A stretch of 64,000 nt of DNA from Candidatus Bathyarchaeia archaeon (GTDB taxonomy: Archaea; Thermoproteota; Bathyarchaeia; 40CM-2-53-6). A model generated the notes under the pieces. That model was not told the DNA's origin, made no database searches, and worked only from the letters and a program-made list of their open reading frames with translations. The stretch is taken from NCBI GenBank assembly GCA_050013255.1, contig JBEKFP010000002.1, positions 672,001 to 736,000 of the forward strand, read 5' to 3'. Below are positions 1-9,725 of the stretch, in pieces (positions within the stretch are counted from its first letter, which is position 1; each line of letters opens with the position of its first letter). A program made the position numbers and the translations under genes.

Positions 1-326
1 GATTCGGCGCGTGTTGCAACGCGATTTACGAAGCGCATGCTCTGAGCAAAGTCTTCAAAAGCGAATGATCTCCAAATGTATTTGCCCCTGAGTCGCCAGC
101 CATCAGTTCTCGTGAGCTCTAACTTGATCCTACGCTCAGTTAGCCTCAATTCGCATCAAGCATTCTAGTTTCTACTTGCAACTATTTATGGACAACTCAG
201 GGAAGATGGGACGTTTTGTTATCGAACTGCGACTGTGTGGTTTATCAAGCACAGAATAGAGAAAAGATCGTGCTTAGGTGATAGAGTTCGAATTCCCAAA
301 CAGGAACCTCGAATAAGAATCAGCAA

Positions 327-1106
327 TTGGCAGTGCTGCCTGCAAGTTTGATTTTGCCCCTCCGCATCTTCATGGGGGCCACTTTCCTATACGCTGGCCT
401 ACAACACCTCACAGACCCATCATATTTTGATGGGTCGAAGCAGGGTTACATTGGACACCTGGTTGCGCAATACGCCGTCGGGTCACCGATCCATGATTTT
501 CTGTTGGGAGCTATTGCGCCAAATGCGGTCGCCTTCGGTTATATGGTCGCGGTTGGGGAATCGCTGATTGGAGTGGCAGTGCTACTTGGATTTCTTTACC
601 GCATCGCAGCTTTTGCAGGGCTCCTGCTCAACTTTACGTTCTTTCTTTCAGCCACATGGAACGCTTTTCCGTTCTACTTTGGATCTGATATAGTGTTCGT
701 TTTGTGCTGGCTGACACTCCTGCTGACGGGACCGCAATCGGGCCTAAGCCTAGACTCAGCGATCGCCAAACGCGCCTCCGGGTTACGGTGGCTTGCCCCA
801 GCCACGATTCAACAACCAGTTACCGCACAGGCGGCGGAGCAGGAAACGAAAACATCCGAAGCGAGAATCCAGGCCCCCGAGAGAGCGAAACTCTACCCTC
901 GGCAGGTTGCCGAAGTCAACAGGGCATTTGATAGAATAGATTCACAATTTGTTTCACATGACGAAACGCGAACGATACTAGAATTCGTTCGAGCCTTTGT
1001 CATCAGCTTGGGAGTTGACAGGGGCGATACGGCCAAGTTGTTAAGTGGCCTCCGAACTCTGGTGGAAAGAGACACGTGGCAAGAACCACAAGCAGAGAAC
1101 AGTTGA
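327..1106 (+). CDS. DoxX/DoxD (thiosulfate:quinone oxidoreductase DoxD-like) membrane protein with C-terminal soluble extension
   Basis: LRIFMGATFLYAGLQH...GESLIGVAVLLG...AAFAGLLLNFTFFLSATW is the DoxX/DoxD signature; about 4 TM helices; TTG start. Confidence 0.8.
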   Translation: MAVLPASLILPLRIFMGATFLYAGLQHLTDPSYFDGSKQGYIGHLVAQYAVGSPIHDFLLGAIAPNAVAFGYMVAVGESLIGVAVLLGFLYRIAAFAGLLLNFTFFLSATWNAFPFYFGSDIVFVLCWLTLLLTGPQSGLSLDSAIAKRASGLRWLAPATIQQPVTAQAAEQETKTSEARIQAPERAKLYPRQVAEVNRAFDRIDSQFVSHDETRTILEFVRAFVISLGVDRGDTAKLLSGLRTLVERDTWQEPQAENS

Positions 1107-1744
1107 TAGGATTGCCTGACGTGGAGAATACTGAGCAGCTCGCAGAGACACTCGCCCGAAAATATGAATTGAAGGTTCCTAGCGATGTGGTTGCCTCGAT
1201 TCTTGCGTCGAAACCTAAACTTCCCGTTCTACTTTCGCGTGCGGCATTCAGGGCTGACGCTGTTAGGACTGCGCCGGAAGTCAGAGTTCAGAGAGAGCGA
1301 AGAAACTTCCTACGGAACGTCTTAGGGCTCGCCGCGGTTTCACTCCCAATCCTATTATGGATTAAGGTGGCTTTCTTCTCACCTCAGGCTCAAGCACCGT
1401 CGTACGTTTCGAACCCCGGCCCGCAAGCTGGGGAGCGGCTGCTCGCGAATGCTTCGAACATTGCGTTGGGTCAATCGGTGGCGTTAAGCGACCCAACATA
1501 TGGGCCCATGCTTCTGATTCACTTGATGAATGGACAATTCGTGGCGTATAGTGCAATTTGCACGCATGCTGGTTGTCAGGTTCAATTTGACCCGAGCGCT
1601 CAAGACATTGCGTGCCCATGCCATGGTGCTGTCTTCGACCCCAGTAACAATGCCCAGGTGATAGCTGGCCCAGCTCCTTACCCGTTGCAGAAGATATCCA
1701 TCCATTACGACCAAGCGTCCGGGAACATCTTCTTGCAAGGCTAA
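1103..1744 (+). CDS. Rieske [2Fe-2S] protein with internal twin-arginine signal/anchor
   Basis: CTHAGC...CPCHG Rieske boxes, GPAPYPL, RRNFLR followed by a hydrophobic helix; start uncertain (GTG 1076, or TTG 1103 overlapping the upstream stop). Confidence 0.9.
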   Translation: MIGLPDVENTEQLAETLARKYELKVPSDVVASILASKPKLPVLLSRAAFRADAVRTAPEVRVQRERRNFLRNVLGLAAVSLPILLWIKVAFFSPQAQAPSYVSNPGPQAGERLLANASNIALGQSVALSDPTYGPMLLIHLMNGQFVAYSAICTHAGCQVQFDPSAQDIACPCHGAVFDPSNNAQVIAGPAPYPLQKISIHYDQASGNIFLQG

Positions 1745-1863
1745 TTCCAAAAAGTACTCTCCAAGATTTCGTTCGCTAAGAAAGCCGCACCGAGGCTTCC
1801 TGGGTGATTTTCTCGCCTGCACATCACCTTAATTTGCAACACAGGATTGTATGAGTGCCCGGT

Positions 1864-2075
1864 GCGGGGATACCAGAGCCAGGTCAAATGGGCGGGTCGC
1901 GTGCTACGCATGAGTGCGGCATGTGATGCTTACGCATGGCCACGCGCGCTACACTCAAGATTCGCGCTCGGCGCGAGGGTTCACGTGCGCGGGTGAGCTA
2001 TCCCGTGGCGTAGGCCTTCGTGGGTTCGAATCCGGGCCTTTGACAAGGTCGGCGAACGTCCCACTCCCCGCACCA
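1864..2075 (+). tRNA. tRNA-Leu(CAA) with three introns: 30/31 (1897-1952), 37/38 (1960-1999), 59/60 (2031-2058)
   Basis: Acceptor GCGGGGA/TCCCCGC + ACCA; anticodon stem CGGGA/TCCCG with loop CTCAAGA; long variable arm; T arm GTGGG-TTCGAAT-CCCAC; each intron has a BHB central helix (GGCG/CGCT, CTCA/TGAG, TTCG/CGAA). Confidence 0.93.
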
Positions 2076-2324
2076 ACCACCGTCACGGACGCAGGCGGGC
2101 AGGGCAGTGTCAACCCGACATCGACCTAGGGAGCTTGCGCGCGTTTTCTTTCCTTGCTGGACCATACGCCCCGAATAATTCATTGCCAATTCCTCTTTCA
2201 CAGCGGTTCTGCACAGTGGGACGAGGGCGTCCAGTATTCCAAAGGCTTAGGCATCGTGAGCCTGCGAAGTCAAGTATGTTTGTGTGTGTGCAGGACTTCT
2301 GCATGACTCTCCAAGCTAACCGGT

Positions 2325-3209
2325 TTAGCCAGTCCCCGCAATCTTGACGGCGAGATAGGTAACGAGCAAGAGCAATCCAATGATAGTTCCCCTATTCACG
2401 AACGTAGGCATTAGGTCCTGATCCTTTTGCTCATACCGAAGTGCATTGGTAATGGGCGTTACAAGGAATATGATGGATGGCGAGAAAAGGAGCAGAACCC
2501 AAGGTAATCCGCCAACCAAGACAACGCTGACAAATAACACGAGAACCAAGAAAAGGAGCACAACACAAACCTTGAGCGCCCTCTTCCTGCCAAGCCACGT
2601 CACGGTTGTCCTTATCATGCCTCTATCGGAATCATGATCTCTAATCCCATTGACAAGCTCTGCCAGGATAGACAACAGAAAGAGCATACCGCTCAACCCG
2701 GCCCCCACGAAGTCAATGGGGTGATAAACGGAGTAAGCCATTACCCCATATATGGCATTCCAGGAAGCGTGGCAGACAACATCAAGACCAGGCCTAGCCT
2801 TTGCCCTAAGACCTAAAGAATAGCCACCAAGCAACATAATCACCAGGATCCCAAGCAACCTATTCAGAAAACTGAGGAGATAGATGGATAAGGCCGCCCC
2901 GCCCAAAAGAATTAGCACGAGTGCCCAAGCCGCAGCCACAGACAAGTCACCCGACGCCACAGGGTTTCTTAGCTTGCCAGCCTTTCTGTCAAGTTCTGCA
3001 TCGGCAATATCGTTAATCACAAAACCAAAAATGGAGGAGACTGCAACGAAAAGAAGCACCGTCAGAATTCTGCCATCGACGGGATATCTGGCCACGAATG
3101 CACAAGCCAAGGCAGAAACCAAGTAGCACGGCCCGTACTCATGGAATCTCACGATTCGCACAAACGCGTTCCGCGAAACAACTCGCTTCATAGAATCGCC
3201 CGAGTCCAA
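2325..3209 (-). CDS. UbiA-family prenyltransferase
   Basis: NDIADAELDR..K..NP and NGIRDHDSD Asp-rich motifs; multiple TM helices; ATG at 3191 is an alternative start. Confidence 0.85.
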   Translation of the reverse strand: MDSGDSMKRVVSRNAFVRIVRFHEYGPCYLVSALACAFVARYPVDGRILTVLLFVAVSSIFGFVINDIADAELDRKAGKLRNPVASGDLSVAAAWALVLILLGGAALSIYLLSFLNRLLGILVIMLLGGYSLGLRAKARPGLDVVCHASWNAIYGVMAYSVYHPIDFVGAGLSGMLFLLSILAELVNGIRDHDSDRGMIRTTVTWLGRKRALKVCVVLLFLVLVLFVSVVLVGGLPWVLLLFSPSIIFLVTPITNALRYEQKDQDLMPTFVNRGTIIGLLLLVTYLAVKIAGTG

Positions 3210-3236
3210 CCTCGACGTACACCAGATGATGACGTC

Positions 3237-3440
3237 TTAGTGCATCAGACCTACAATTATCATGCTAACGCCGATTAGGCCGCGCAGAATTCTTCCGGCC
3301 TGGAACAGCCAGGGCGGATGGGAAGGACGCCAGTAGAGGATGTTCAAAAATCCTTCAGCGGAAAGGTAGATGCCCATCGATATGAGGAAGGCAGCGACAA
3401 GCAAGCTGAGAACCAAACCGAATTTCCTGAAGAAACTAAT
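3237..3440 (-). CDS. Small two-TM membrane protein (not in ORF track)
   Basis: Open frame ISFFRKFGLVLSLLVAAFLISMGIYLSAEGFLNILYWRPSHPPWLFQAGRILRGLIGVSMIIVGLMH*; start is ATT 3440 or TTG 3416. Confidence 0.5.
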   Translation of the reverse strand: MSFFRKFGLVLSLLVAAFLISMGIYLSAEGFLNILYWRPSHPPWLFQAGRILRGLIGVSMIIVGLMH

Positions 3441-3623
3441 CTACTTTTGCTCGCAGTATTATGTTTGAACCACACTCAATGTGACAAAACAACTAAATGC
3501 GCGACAAATTGGTGTGTGCACCCTTTTGGGCCACCAGATGCAATGCTTCCCAGCTTTTGGAAGAGCGACGTTAGATCACGCAGTGAAAACGTTTCTTTCT
3601 AAGTCGTCCTTACCTGCTATGGG

Positions 3624-4064
3624 TTAGCTGAATGACTTGTAAATTGCAGGGTATTTTTCGATGAGTAGTAAGTTGAGTTTGAGAACGTTTACGTACGGAT
3701 CGCCGGCGACCCACATTGTTCTCTCGACGTTATCATCGACGATTTGCTTAATCGAATCTGAAGGAATCCCTGTTGCGTTGCTTATTCGCGGAATTTGTGA
3801 GTAAGCATCTTGGAGAGTTATATCGGGGTCCACTCCTGAGGCCGAATTGCTCGCCCAATCTGCATGGAAGAACATTGAGGAATTGAAATTCTGAGCGATC
3901 ACGATCGCGCCTACTGGGCGACCGTGGAGTTGCACTATGCTGCCGTTTGCCTGGGACGGGAGCAGAACTTGCGCAACACCTGTCACCAATAGTGGGAAGA
4001 CTAGTCCACATAATACGAGTGAAATGATTGCCAGTCGAACGGTTGGCCCATAATTACTCCCCAA
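3624..4064 (-). CDS. kdpC: K+-transporting ATPase subunit C
   Basis: GLVFPLLVTGVAQ, SASGVDPDI, VNVLKLN motifs; follows kdpB. Confidence 0.95.
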   Translation of the reverse strand: MGSNYGPTVRLAIISLVLCGLVFPLLVTGVAQVLLPSQANGSIVQLHGRPVGAIVIAQNFNSSMFFHADWASNSASGVDPDITLQDAYSQIPRISNATGIPSDSIKQIVDDNVERTMWVAGDPYVNVLKLNLLLIEKYPAIYKSFS

Positions 4065-4076
4065 CTTGATAGCCTC

Positions 4077-6218
4077 CTAAGTATGCATCGCCAAGATTAC
4101 GATATCGATTAGCTTGATTCCGACGAAGGGGACTATTACTCCTCCGACTCCGTAGATCAACGTGTTCTTCAGGAACAATGTCATTGTGTCAGATGGTTTG
4201 AAGGATACACCCTTCATGGCTAGTGGAATCAGGAGCGGTATTATGATCGCGTTGAATATCAACGCGGAGAGCACCGCAGTATGTAAGCCCAGACCAAGAA
4301 CATTCAGGGCCTGAAGTTCGGGTATGACCGCAAAAAGGACTGGCGTAATGGCAAAATATTTCGCTACGTCATTTGCGATGCTGAAGGTTGTGACTGCTCC
4401 GCGTGTCATGAGGAGCTGTTTTCCGAGCATGACAACTTCGATGATTTTCGCGGGATTGGATTCTAGGTCAACCATGTTGGCTGCTTCTTTTGCTGCTTGA
4501 GTCCCGGAATTCATTGCCAGTCCGACGTCGGCAAGAGCAAGGGCGGGCGCGTCATTAGTTCCATCACCGATCATGGCAACGATTCTTGTGTTAGCTTGTT
4601 CACGTTGGACGATTCCATGCTTGTCTTCGGGTTTTGCTTGAGGTACAAATTCGTCAATGCCCACTTCCGTTGCGATGCTTTTGGCTGTGAGTGGATGGTC
4701 TCCGGTTATCATCACTGGCCGTATGCTCATTGCCTTAAGGGATTGAATCTTTTCCTTGATACCGGGCTTCAAAATGTCTCTTAGCCGAATTATGCCGATT
4801 ACTTCGCGGTTCTTGGTTATTGCAACAGGACTGTCGCCTTGATTGGAAATCTTGGTTATGACATCGTCGAAGTCAGGTGGAGTTGATTCCGCGAGCTTCT
4901 TTATTGCGTCTGGCGCACCTTTGATTATCTCAACTTCGCCGCCGGCCAAGGAGCTGGTTATTGAATCTGTGAACTTTCGCCTGAATCTCATCCTCTCCTG
5001 ACCACCTTTGGGGAGCATGAAGCCCGTACCGCCGGTGAATTTCACACCACTCGTTCTGGTCGTCGCGGAGAACTCATAGGACTCGGATAAGGCGAGGTCG
5101 TTCAACTCCCTCGGTATCAAACCGCCACTGTAGGCTAACCTGATTATGCTACGTCCTTCAGGTGTGTCGTCATGCCAGGAGGCGAGAAACGCCGCTTCTC
5201 CTACTTCTCGTTCTGAGTGGCCTGCGAAGGGTATGAATTCTATTGCTTGTCTGCTTCCTACGGTTATTGTTCCCGTCTTGTCGAGAAGGATCGTGTCTGT
5301 GTCGCCTGCGGTCTCAATTGCTCTTCCTGACTTCGCAATAATTTTCCTCGCGTAGAGCCTAGACATACCAGAAAGCCCTATCGCAGGAAGAAGCGCACCT
5401 ATAGTTGTGGGAAGGAGGCAAACGTACAACGCGATGAGAACGGAGAGATCGGCTCCAAGGCTAAGCACAACGGATAATCCGAGGAGCGCGAAGATAATTA
5501 TTGTAAAAATAGCGGTAAGGCCGATGAGGACTACGATAACAGCCTGTTCGTTTGGTGTCTTAGGCCTCTTCGAGGATTCTACTAACCTGATCATCTGATT
5601 GATGTAGCTATCCTCAGGGTTTACAGTAACCCTGGCGGTTAATGTATCGCTAATTAGCTTTGACCCGCCGATTAGGGGATCGCTGGGGGCCTTCCTGACC
5701 GGTACAGATTCGCCTGTGAGAAGAGATTCATCCGCCATCGCTATTCCTTCAGTGACTTCCGCGTCTATCGGAATCAGATCGCCCTTCCCAAGCAGAATCA
5801 TATCCCCTCGGCGTAATTGACCAGAAGGAGTAAGGACGACCGTCTGCTCCTCAGTTTCGCCTTTTGTCTCAATGACTATTTTCTTAGTCATGGCTTCTGT
5901 TTCGAGTTTCCTAAGACTCTTCGCGGTGTTCTTTGCCTGTGTTTCAGCGAGAGAATCTGAGAGAGTGCTGAACCAGACCGTAATGAGTAAGATTGCAGCA
6001 ACTTCAACATAGAAGATCCGCTCATTCGGGCTTGCTACCGGAACAAACCATTGCGGGTACACGGCCATCGCAGTTACAACGAAGAAGGTGACTTCGACGA
6101 TGAACATAACTGGGTTTTGTATGAGCGAGATTGGGTTCAATCGAACAAGTGAGTCGATGAATGTTTTCCCGGACATAGCCCCTTGCGAAAAGCCAATTCG
6201 CTGACCCTTCTCTGACAT
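4077..6218 (-). CDS. kdpB: K+-transporting ATPase subunit B (P-type)
   Basis: NPVMFIVE, TGES, DKTGT, GDGTNDAPAL, SIANDVAKYF. Confidence 0.97.
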   Translation of the reverse strand: MSEKGQRIGFSQGAMSGKTFIDSLVRLNPISLIQNPVMFIVEVTFFVVTAMAVYPQWFVPVASPNERIFYVEVAAILLITVWFSTLSDSLAETQAKNTAKSLRKLETEAMTKKIVIETKGETEEQTVVLTPSGQLRRGDMILLGKGDLIPIDAEVTEGIAMADESLLTGESVPVRKAPSDPLIGGSKLISDTLTARVTVNPEDSYINQMIRLVESSKRPKTPNEQAVIVVLIGLTAIFTIIIFALLGLSVVLSLGADLSVLIALYVCLLPTTIGALLPAIGLSGMSRLYARKIIAKSGRAIETAGDTDTILLDKTGTITVGSRQAIEFIPFAGHSEREVGEAAFLASWHDDTPEGRSIIRLAYSGGLIPRELNDLALSESYEFSATTRTSGVKFTGGTGFMLPKGGQERMRFRRKFTDSITSSLAGGEVEIIKGAPDAIKKLAESTPPDFDDVITKISNQGDSPVAITKNREVIGIIRLRDILKPGIKEKIQSLKAMSIRPVMITGDHPLTAKSIATEVGIDEFVPQAKPEDKHGIVQREQANTRIVAMIGDGTNDAPALALADVGLAMNSGTQAAKEAANMVDLESNPAKIIEVVMLGKQLLMTRGAVTTFSIANDVAKYFAITPVLFAVIPELQALNVLGLGLHTAVLSALIFNAIIIPLLIPLAMKGVSFKPSDTMTLFLKNTLIYGVGGVIVPFVGIKLIDIVILAMHT

Positions 6219-6233
6219 CTCATTCGCCTCGCA

Positions 6234-7892
6234 CTATTGACTAAACCCGTTCACATTTCCGTGAAGGAAGGACAGGATTGGGCCCATTGCGAGGAATGGG
6301 AAGAAGGTTAAGACAACAAGGATCAGGGTAGCCCCTATGAGTACGATTGAAAACATTATGCTATCAGTCCGTAGCCCTATCTCTGCATGTCTCTTCCTGT
6401 TTAGCATCGAGCCTGCGAGCGCCAAGAGCAAGAGCATCGGAGCGAACCGACCTGCAAACATTACCAGGCCTGTTGAGATATTGAAGAATGGAGTATTCGC
6501 AGACGCGCCTAGAAAGTCCGAGCCGTTGTTTGCCGCTGCGGACGTGTACTCGTATAGGATTTGGATGAAACCGGTCGCATTCCCGCTTACGCCGATAGCG
6601 TTGGCAGCTCCTGTTGCATATGCGAGGACTGTAGGTAACAGGATTATAATCGGATGAACAAGGAAGGCCGCCATTACAAGCAATACGTCACGCCCGTTAA
6701 TTTTCATCCCCAAGTATTCCGGCGTTCTGCCCGACATGAGCCCAACTATGAATACGGTAATCACGGTGTACATGACCATGTACATCATTCCAACACCCTT
6801 TCCACCGGGCGTTGCCTGAATCAACATGCCCATGAAGGCCGCGAGTATGACAAGCGGGTGCATGCCGAAGAGCGAAGCGTTAATAGAACCAGTTGTAACG
6901 GCCGTCGTGACTACGGTCCAGAAGGCTGAGAAAAATCCTCCAAACCGAACCTCCATCCCCGGACCAAGTTGGGGAGTCGGGACAAAAGCGATCATTAGAT
7001 CTATAATGAAGAGCCCATAAGAGGCCCAAAGTATTGGCCTACTTTCCTTTCTCTTTCCAAGAACCTCACCATACACGAAGCACAAAACTGTCGGCAGAAG
7101 TAACATCAAGATAATTTGAAGAACGTCCGATGCGGGATTCGGGTTCTCTAATGGGTAGGCAGAGTTTGCTCCGTAATATCCCCCGCCATTCGTACCTATC
7201 TGCATTATCGAGACGAGAGACGCGACGGGACCGACCAGAATGAATTGCGTCGTCCCTTCCACTGTTTTCACGACAGTGTAACCGTTGAGCGTTTGGGGCA
7301 CGCCCAGCCATACGAACATCATTGCGGCTACAAAGCACAACGGGAAGAGTATTCTTGTCAGGGTCCTCACGAAGTCAACATAGAAGTTTCCTAGGTCTTT
7401 GGAACCGGTCTTGAAGCCCCTTACCATTGCTACAGCGGCGCATAATCCTGATGCCGCTGAAGTGAATTGTAGAAACTGAACCGCCGACATCTGGCTTAGA
7501 TATGAAAGCGTGCTCTCCCCATTGTAATGCTGAAGGTTAGTATTCGTTGCAAATGAGATAACTTGCATGAAGGCGAGGTCCAATGTTAACCCCGGAAACC
7601 CTTGGGGATTCAAAGGTAGCCTGTCTTGGAAGACAAAGACCAGGAACGCAAGCGCCATCTGAAAGACGTTAAGCATCATCAATGATAGAAAATACTGCTT
7701 CCAATCCATTCGATGATTCTTGTTAACGCCTCCGAGTCGATAGATTACGTTCTCAATCGGTAATAGCGCGGTGTCAAGGCGGCTTGGCGCACATGCAAAC
7801 ACTCTTGTGACGTAGGGCGCTAGAAGGCGGCCCAAAGCAATCACTAACGCGAATATCAATGCAATGACGGATAATTGAATTAAATCGATCAA
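6234..7892 (-). CDS. kdpA: K+-transporting ATPase subunit A
   Basis: SFATNTNLQHY, GTNGGGYYGANSA, GRTPEYLG, AANNGS. Confidence 0.97.
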   Translation of the reverse strand: MIDLIQLSVIALIFALVIALGRLLAPYVTRVFACAPSRLDTALLPIENVIYRLGGVNKNHRMDWKQYFLSLMMLNVFQMALAFLVFVFQDRLPLNPQGFPGLTLDLAFMQVISFATNTNLQHYNGESTLSYLSQMSAVQFLQFTSAASGLCAAVAMVRGFKTGSKDLGNFYVDFVRTLTRILFPLCFVAAMMFVWLGVPQTLNGYTVVKTVEGTTQFILVGPVASLVSIMQIGTNGGGYYGANSAYPLENPNPASDVLQIILMLLLPTVLCFVYGEVLGKRKESRPILWASYGLFIIDLMIAFVPTPQLGPGMEVRFGGFFSAFWTVVTTAVTTGSINASLFGMHPLVILAAFMGMLIQATPGGKGVGMMYMVMYTVITVFIVGLMSGRTPEYLGMKINGRDVLLVMAAFLVHPIIILLPTVLAYATGAANAIGVSGNATGFIQILYEYTSAAANNGSDFLGASANTPFFNISTGLVMFAGRFAPMLLLLALAGSMLNRKRHAEIGLRTDSIMFSIVLIGATLILVVLTFFPFLAMGPILSFLHGNVNGFSQ

Positions 7893-7977
7893 ACTGCCTT
7901 AGCACCATCTATTTACTCCAGAACCTTCATCAACACTATGGATTAGTTGCATCAAGACCCTAGAATAAAAGAAACCG

Positions 7978-8259
7978 TTACTGCGGTTTCGCGGGCTTAA
8001 CGCCGTTCCTTGGCCCTTTGGGTGCGCTTAGTACGATCGAAGTGACCGTACTCTTTACGCCTTTAATCTTCAGAATTTTGTTTTTCAGAAGTTCCCGAAA
8101 TTCCTCAATGTCGGCTGCTGAAACAAGCGTGACGATATCAAATTCGCCCGTTACTTCGTAGAGTTCTTCCACGTTAGGTAACTGAGACAGGGTCTGTACG
8201 ACGTCGGCAAGAGTGGGCGAGTCGACAAAAATGTTTACGAAAGCCAGAAGACGTGCCAA
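7978..8259 (-). CDS. Stand-alone Lrp/AsnC ligand-binding (RAM) domain protein
   Basis: AFVNIFV...VEELYEVTGEFDIV...IKGVKSTVT; no HTH; TTG start at 8259 preferred over 8304. Confidence 0.88.
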   Translation of the reverse strand: MARLLAFVNIFVDSPTLADVVQTLSQLPNVEELYEVTGEFDIVTLVSAADIEEFRELLKNKILKIKGVKSTVTSIVLSAPKGPRNGVKPAKPQ

Positions 8260-8591
8260 AGTCAACCATCGATCCTTTGCTCCGGATTTACAACTTAAAA
8301 CCACACCGAACGGTAGACGGCATATTAAGCGTTGCCGTTCAATTAGTTGAGATATTAACTAGAACTTCCAGGCGGAAGGAAATTTCTGCGTTAGAGAGAA
8401 AATTAGTCGTTTGGATTTCGACTACTCTTGGAACCAGGAATAGGGTTCCGCAGAAGTTTCTTCCTCTGACAGACGTCTTAGCTTCTCTTTCTTCATATCT
8501 TATCCTCCTTCACGCTTTTTGCGGATACTAGAGCTATTTGCGTAGCCGCTGCGATTCATGTGAGCTATATGATTCCACCACATTCGTAACA

Positions 8592-9686
8592 TCATTGCTT
8601 TTTCGCGCTTTGTTGTGTTGCCTCTTCTACTGTGAGGTTCAGCACGACTTCTGCAACGTCGCTGGCGTATTCTCCGATTCTTCTAAGGCTGTCGGAGATT
8701 AGGGTCGTTGCGGACAGGTCGTTAGCAGGTAGCTTCTCTTTGACAAGGCGGTCTAGGAGCTTAGACTCAAGTACTGCCATCTTGTCCTTTTCGAGAAGTG
8801 TCTTCTCAGCAAGCTCATAGTCATGCGCAAAAAGGGCGTGCAACGCGCTTTCCATCACCTTGTACGAGAATTGTGCGAGAGCGTTGGTTTCCTTCGTAAC
8901 AGCAGGTTCAAGAGGGTGACTTAGGGCCAGTGAATTCTGTGCCACGCGACAGGCATGGTCTGCTGAACGCTCGACGCTTTTCGTGATAATCCTGTATCCG
9001 AGACACTCGACTGGAGATTTGAGACCTATTCGTTCCAATAATGGCAGATGTTGGACCGCCCACTTGAGCTGCCTGATTATGTAGAGGCTGAACCTGTCTA
9101 TTTCATCGTCAATCTTGATGACCTGTGCTGCCAAGTCCTTGTCTCCAGCGATGAGGGCCTGCATCGCGTCCTGTTGCATTGAGCTCATTATCGAACCCAT
9201 TCGCCGGAGAGCATCGGGAACGAGTAGCTGAGGATAGTTGAGAAGGACCTGCAACGTGGCGCTTCTAGCGGACTCGGTCACCATTTCTGTACCGACCAAT
9301 TTCTGTCGCGCTACATCGCGTATCGCATCGCGAACTGGCGGTGCGAGATTACCCGATTTTGAGCTAATGTCAATCGTCGAATATCCAATGACATACAACG
9401 AGATGATTTTCCTGGTCACAGCGCCTGGATCTGCGTCGGGGGCAACTGACAATTCGCACCTCGCGTGCTCTCCATCAGATCTCACTGCATCAAAGGGAAT
9501 CAGAAGAAGCCCCTGGTTCTGCTGCTTGCTGAACTCAACGCGCCCTCCTTTCTTCAGCCCCGCAGATTCAACCCAATGCTTAGGGATAGATACGATGTAG
9601 GACCCACGCCCTGTTACTTGCACTCGACGAACGTACCTATCCTCGAAGCCTTTGTCGGCATCTATGACAGATTTCATGGTACGCAT
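8592..9686 (-). CDS. Archaeal phosphate uptake regulator (AbrB-like N-terminus + PhoU repeats)
   Basis: RRVQVTGRGSYIVSIPKHW AbrB motif; DDEIDRF, ERSADHA, LRRIGEYASDVAE. Confidence 0.92.
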   Translation of the reverse strand: MRTMKSVIDADKGFEDRYVRRVQVTGRGSYIVSIPKHWVESAGLKKGGRVEFSKQQNQGLLLIPFDAVRSDGEHARCELSVAPDADPGAVTRKIISLYVIGYSTIDISSKSGNLAPPVRDAIRDVARQKLVGTEMVTESARSATLQVLLNYPQLLVPDALRRMGSIMSSMQQDAMQALIAGDKDLAAQVIKIDDEIDRFSLYIIRQLKWAVQHLPLLERIGLKSPVECLGYRIITKSVERSADHACRVAQNSLALSHPLEPAVTKETNALAQFSYKVMESALHALFAHDYELAEKTLLEKDKMAVLESKLLDRLVKEKLPANDLSATTLISDSLRRIGEYASDVAEVVLNLTVEEATQQSAKKQ

Positions 9687-9725
9687 GTAGATGCGCCAGG
9701 ATTTCTATGTAACGCTTCTAGATTA

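Noticed and set aside
1897-1952. Nested intron or C/D-box guide inside the 56-nt Leu intron
   Set aside because: The inner bulges lie on the wrong side of the 4-bp helix for a BHB; there is a box C-like GTGATG but no CTGA box D
1855-2130. GC-rich structured region as SRP RNA, or ORFs 1914-2129 and 1998-2201
   Set aside because: Explained by the three-intron tRNA-Leu; no SRP helix-8 motif seen; the ORFs have no protein features
3510-3536. Third copy of the dispersed repeat (GTGCACCCTTTTGGGCCACC)
   Set aside because: Only loose similarity, and it lacks the GGTGGATCCACC half
7893-7977. kdpF
   Set aside because: No hydrophobic ~30-aa ORF in this gap
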